Shown here: one piece after another, positions 63,484 to 64,000 of the stretch | Layout: every line of letters starts with the position of its first letter | Numbering within the stretch: position 1 is the first letter of the stretch | NCBI GenBank assembly: GCA_012026655.1 | Contig: JAAILG010001499.1 | Location: 1 to 64,000 of the forward strand | DNA length: 64,000 nt | Direction: 5' to 3' | Origin: Hydrolagus affinis | Taxonomy: Eukaryota | The notes under the pieces: generated by a model | What the model saw: the letters and a program-made list of their open reading frames with translations, nothing else | Told to the model about the DNA's origin: nothing | The model's database searches: none | Made by a program: the position numbers and the translations under genes

Positions 63484-64000
63484 ACTGGAAGATGCTCATA
63501 GAATTGTATTCCATTTAAATCTGTGCCTTTAACAAAGAGAACGAGAAAAAAATACTCCTTAAAGCACTACAGGAACTCACAATATAATGAACCAATAGTG
63601 CCTGGGCACCATCATTCATGTGCTCTACGGGTCAATTCTAGCTGAACAGCTTGCTCAGCTGTGAATGGTGCATTGCATCATCAGCATCACAAGCCAAGCA
63701 GCTCCTGTTAACAATGAATAGGTGAAAGGTCAGTTTCCATTTCATTTAATAAATACTGACAGTGAACAGCCAAAGGCACTTTGTGACTAAGACCATGCCC
63801 TGCATATGACTTCCTGTTATTCCGATTCAAATGATCCTGCATACCAAAACCCTTATAGCTATATTCCCTTATGTACACCACAGTCAAACAACTTCAAAGA
63901 CTTCTGACAACAGAGCAATAACCATCAACTGATTCACATTCGTCAGATCCATGCATCAGAGCACTTGTGTCTATTTCAATCATATCTTAAATCTAATGTT

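Larger units (their letters stand above)
3344..64000 (-). other. clstn2: Probable part of the very large clstn2 intron 1 (exon 1 lies beyond the window)
   Basis: No signal-peptide exon or other recognisable host exon between 3344 and 64000; vertebrate CLSTN2 is known for very long 5' introns. Confidence 0.7.

Overview
AT-rich vertebrate genomic DNA, most likely a cartilaginous fish. The SINE/L2/CR1 repeat mix resembles what I recall for a holocephalan such as Callorhinchus; this is inference. The only host coding sequence I can support is one 123-bp, phase 1-1 exon on the minus strand (3221-3343). It encodes VNKHKPWIETSYHGVITENNDTVLLDPPLVALDKDAPVRYA, matching calsyntenin-2 (clstn2) coding exon 2. 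Positions 3344-64000 are therefore probably part of a very large intron 1, and 1-3220 part of intron 2. The rest is a layered transposon landscape: a young tRNA-Ala-derived SINE with an L2-type tail (3 subfamilies), L2 and CR1 LINE fragments, ancient Deu-type SINE relics, an old SINE-like family I cannot name, Tigger/pogo MITEs, a hAT MITE and a foldback element with telomere-like repeats. The most interesting observations are about TE architecture: a palindromic Tigger MITE keeping a transposase N-terminus in both arms, L2 copies with apparent template-jump deletions, templated 5' fillers at CR1 junctions, and nested insertions. I found no evidence of a novel multi-gene system. Almost all ORFs in the supplied track are spurious or TE-derived. 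Boundaries of old repeats are approximate.
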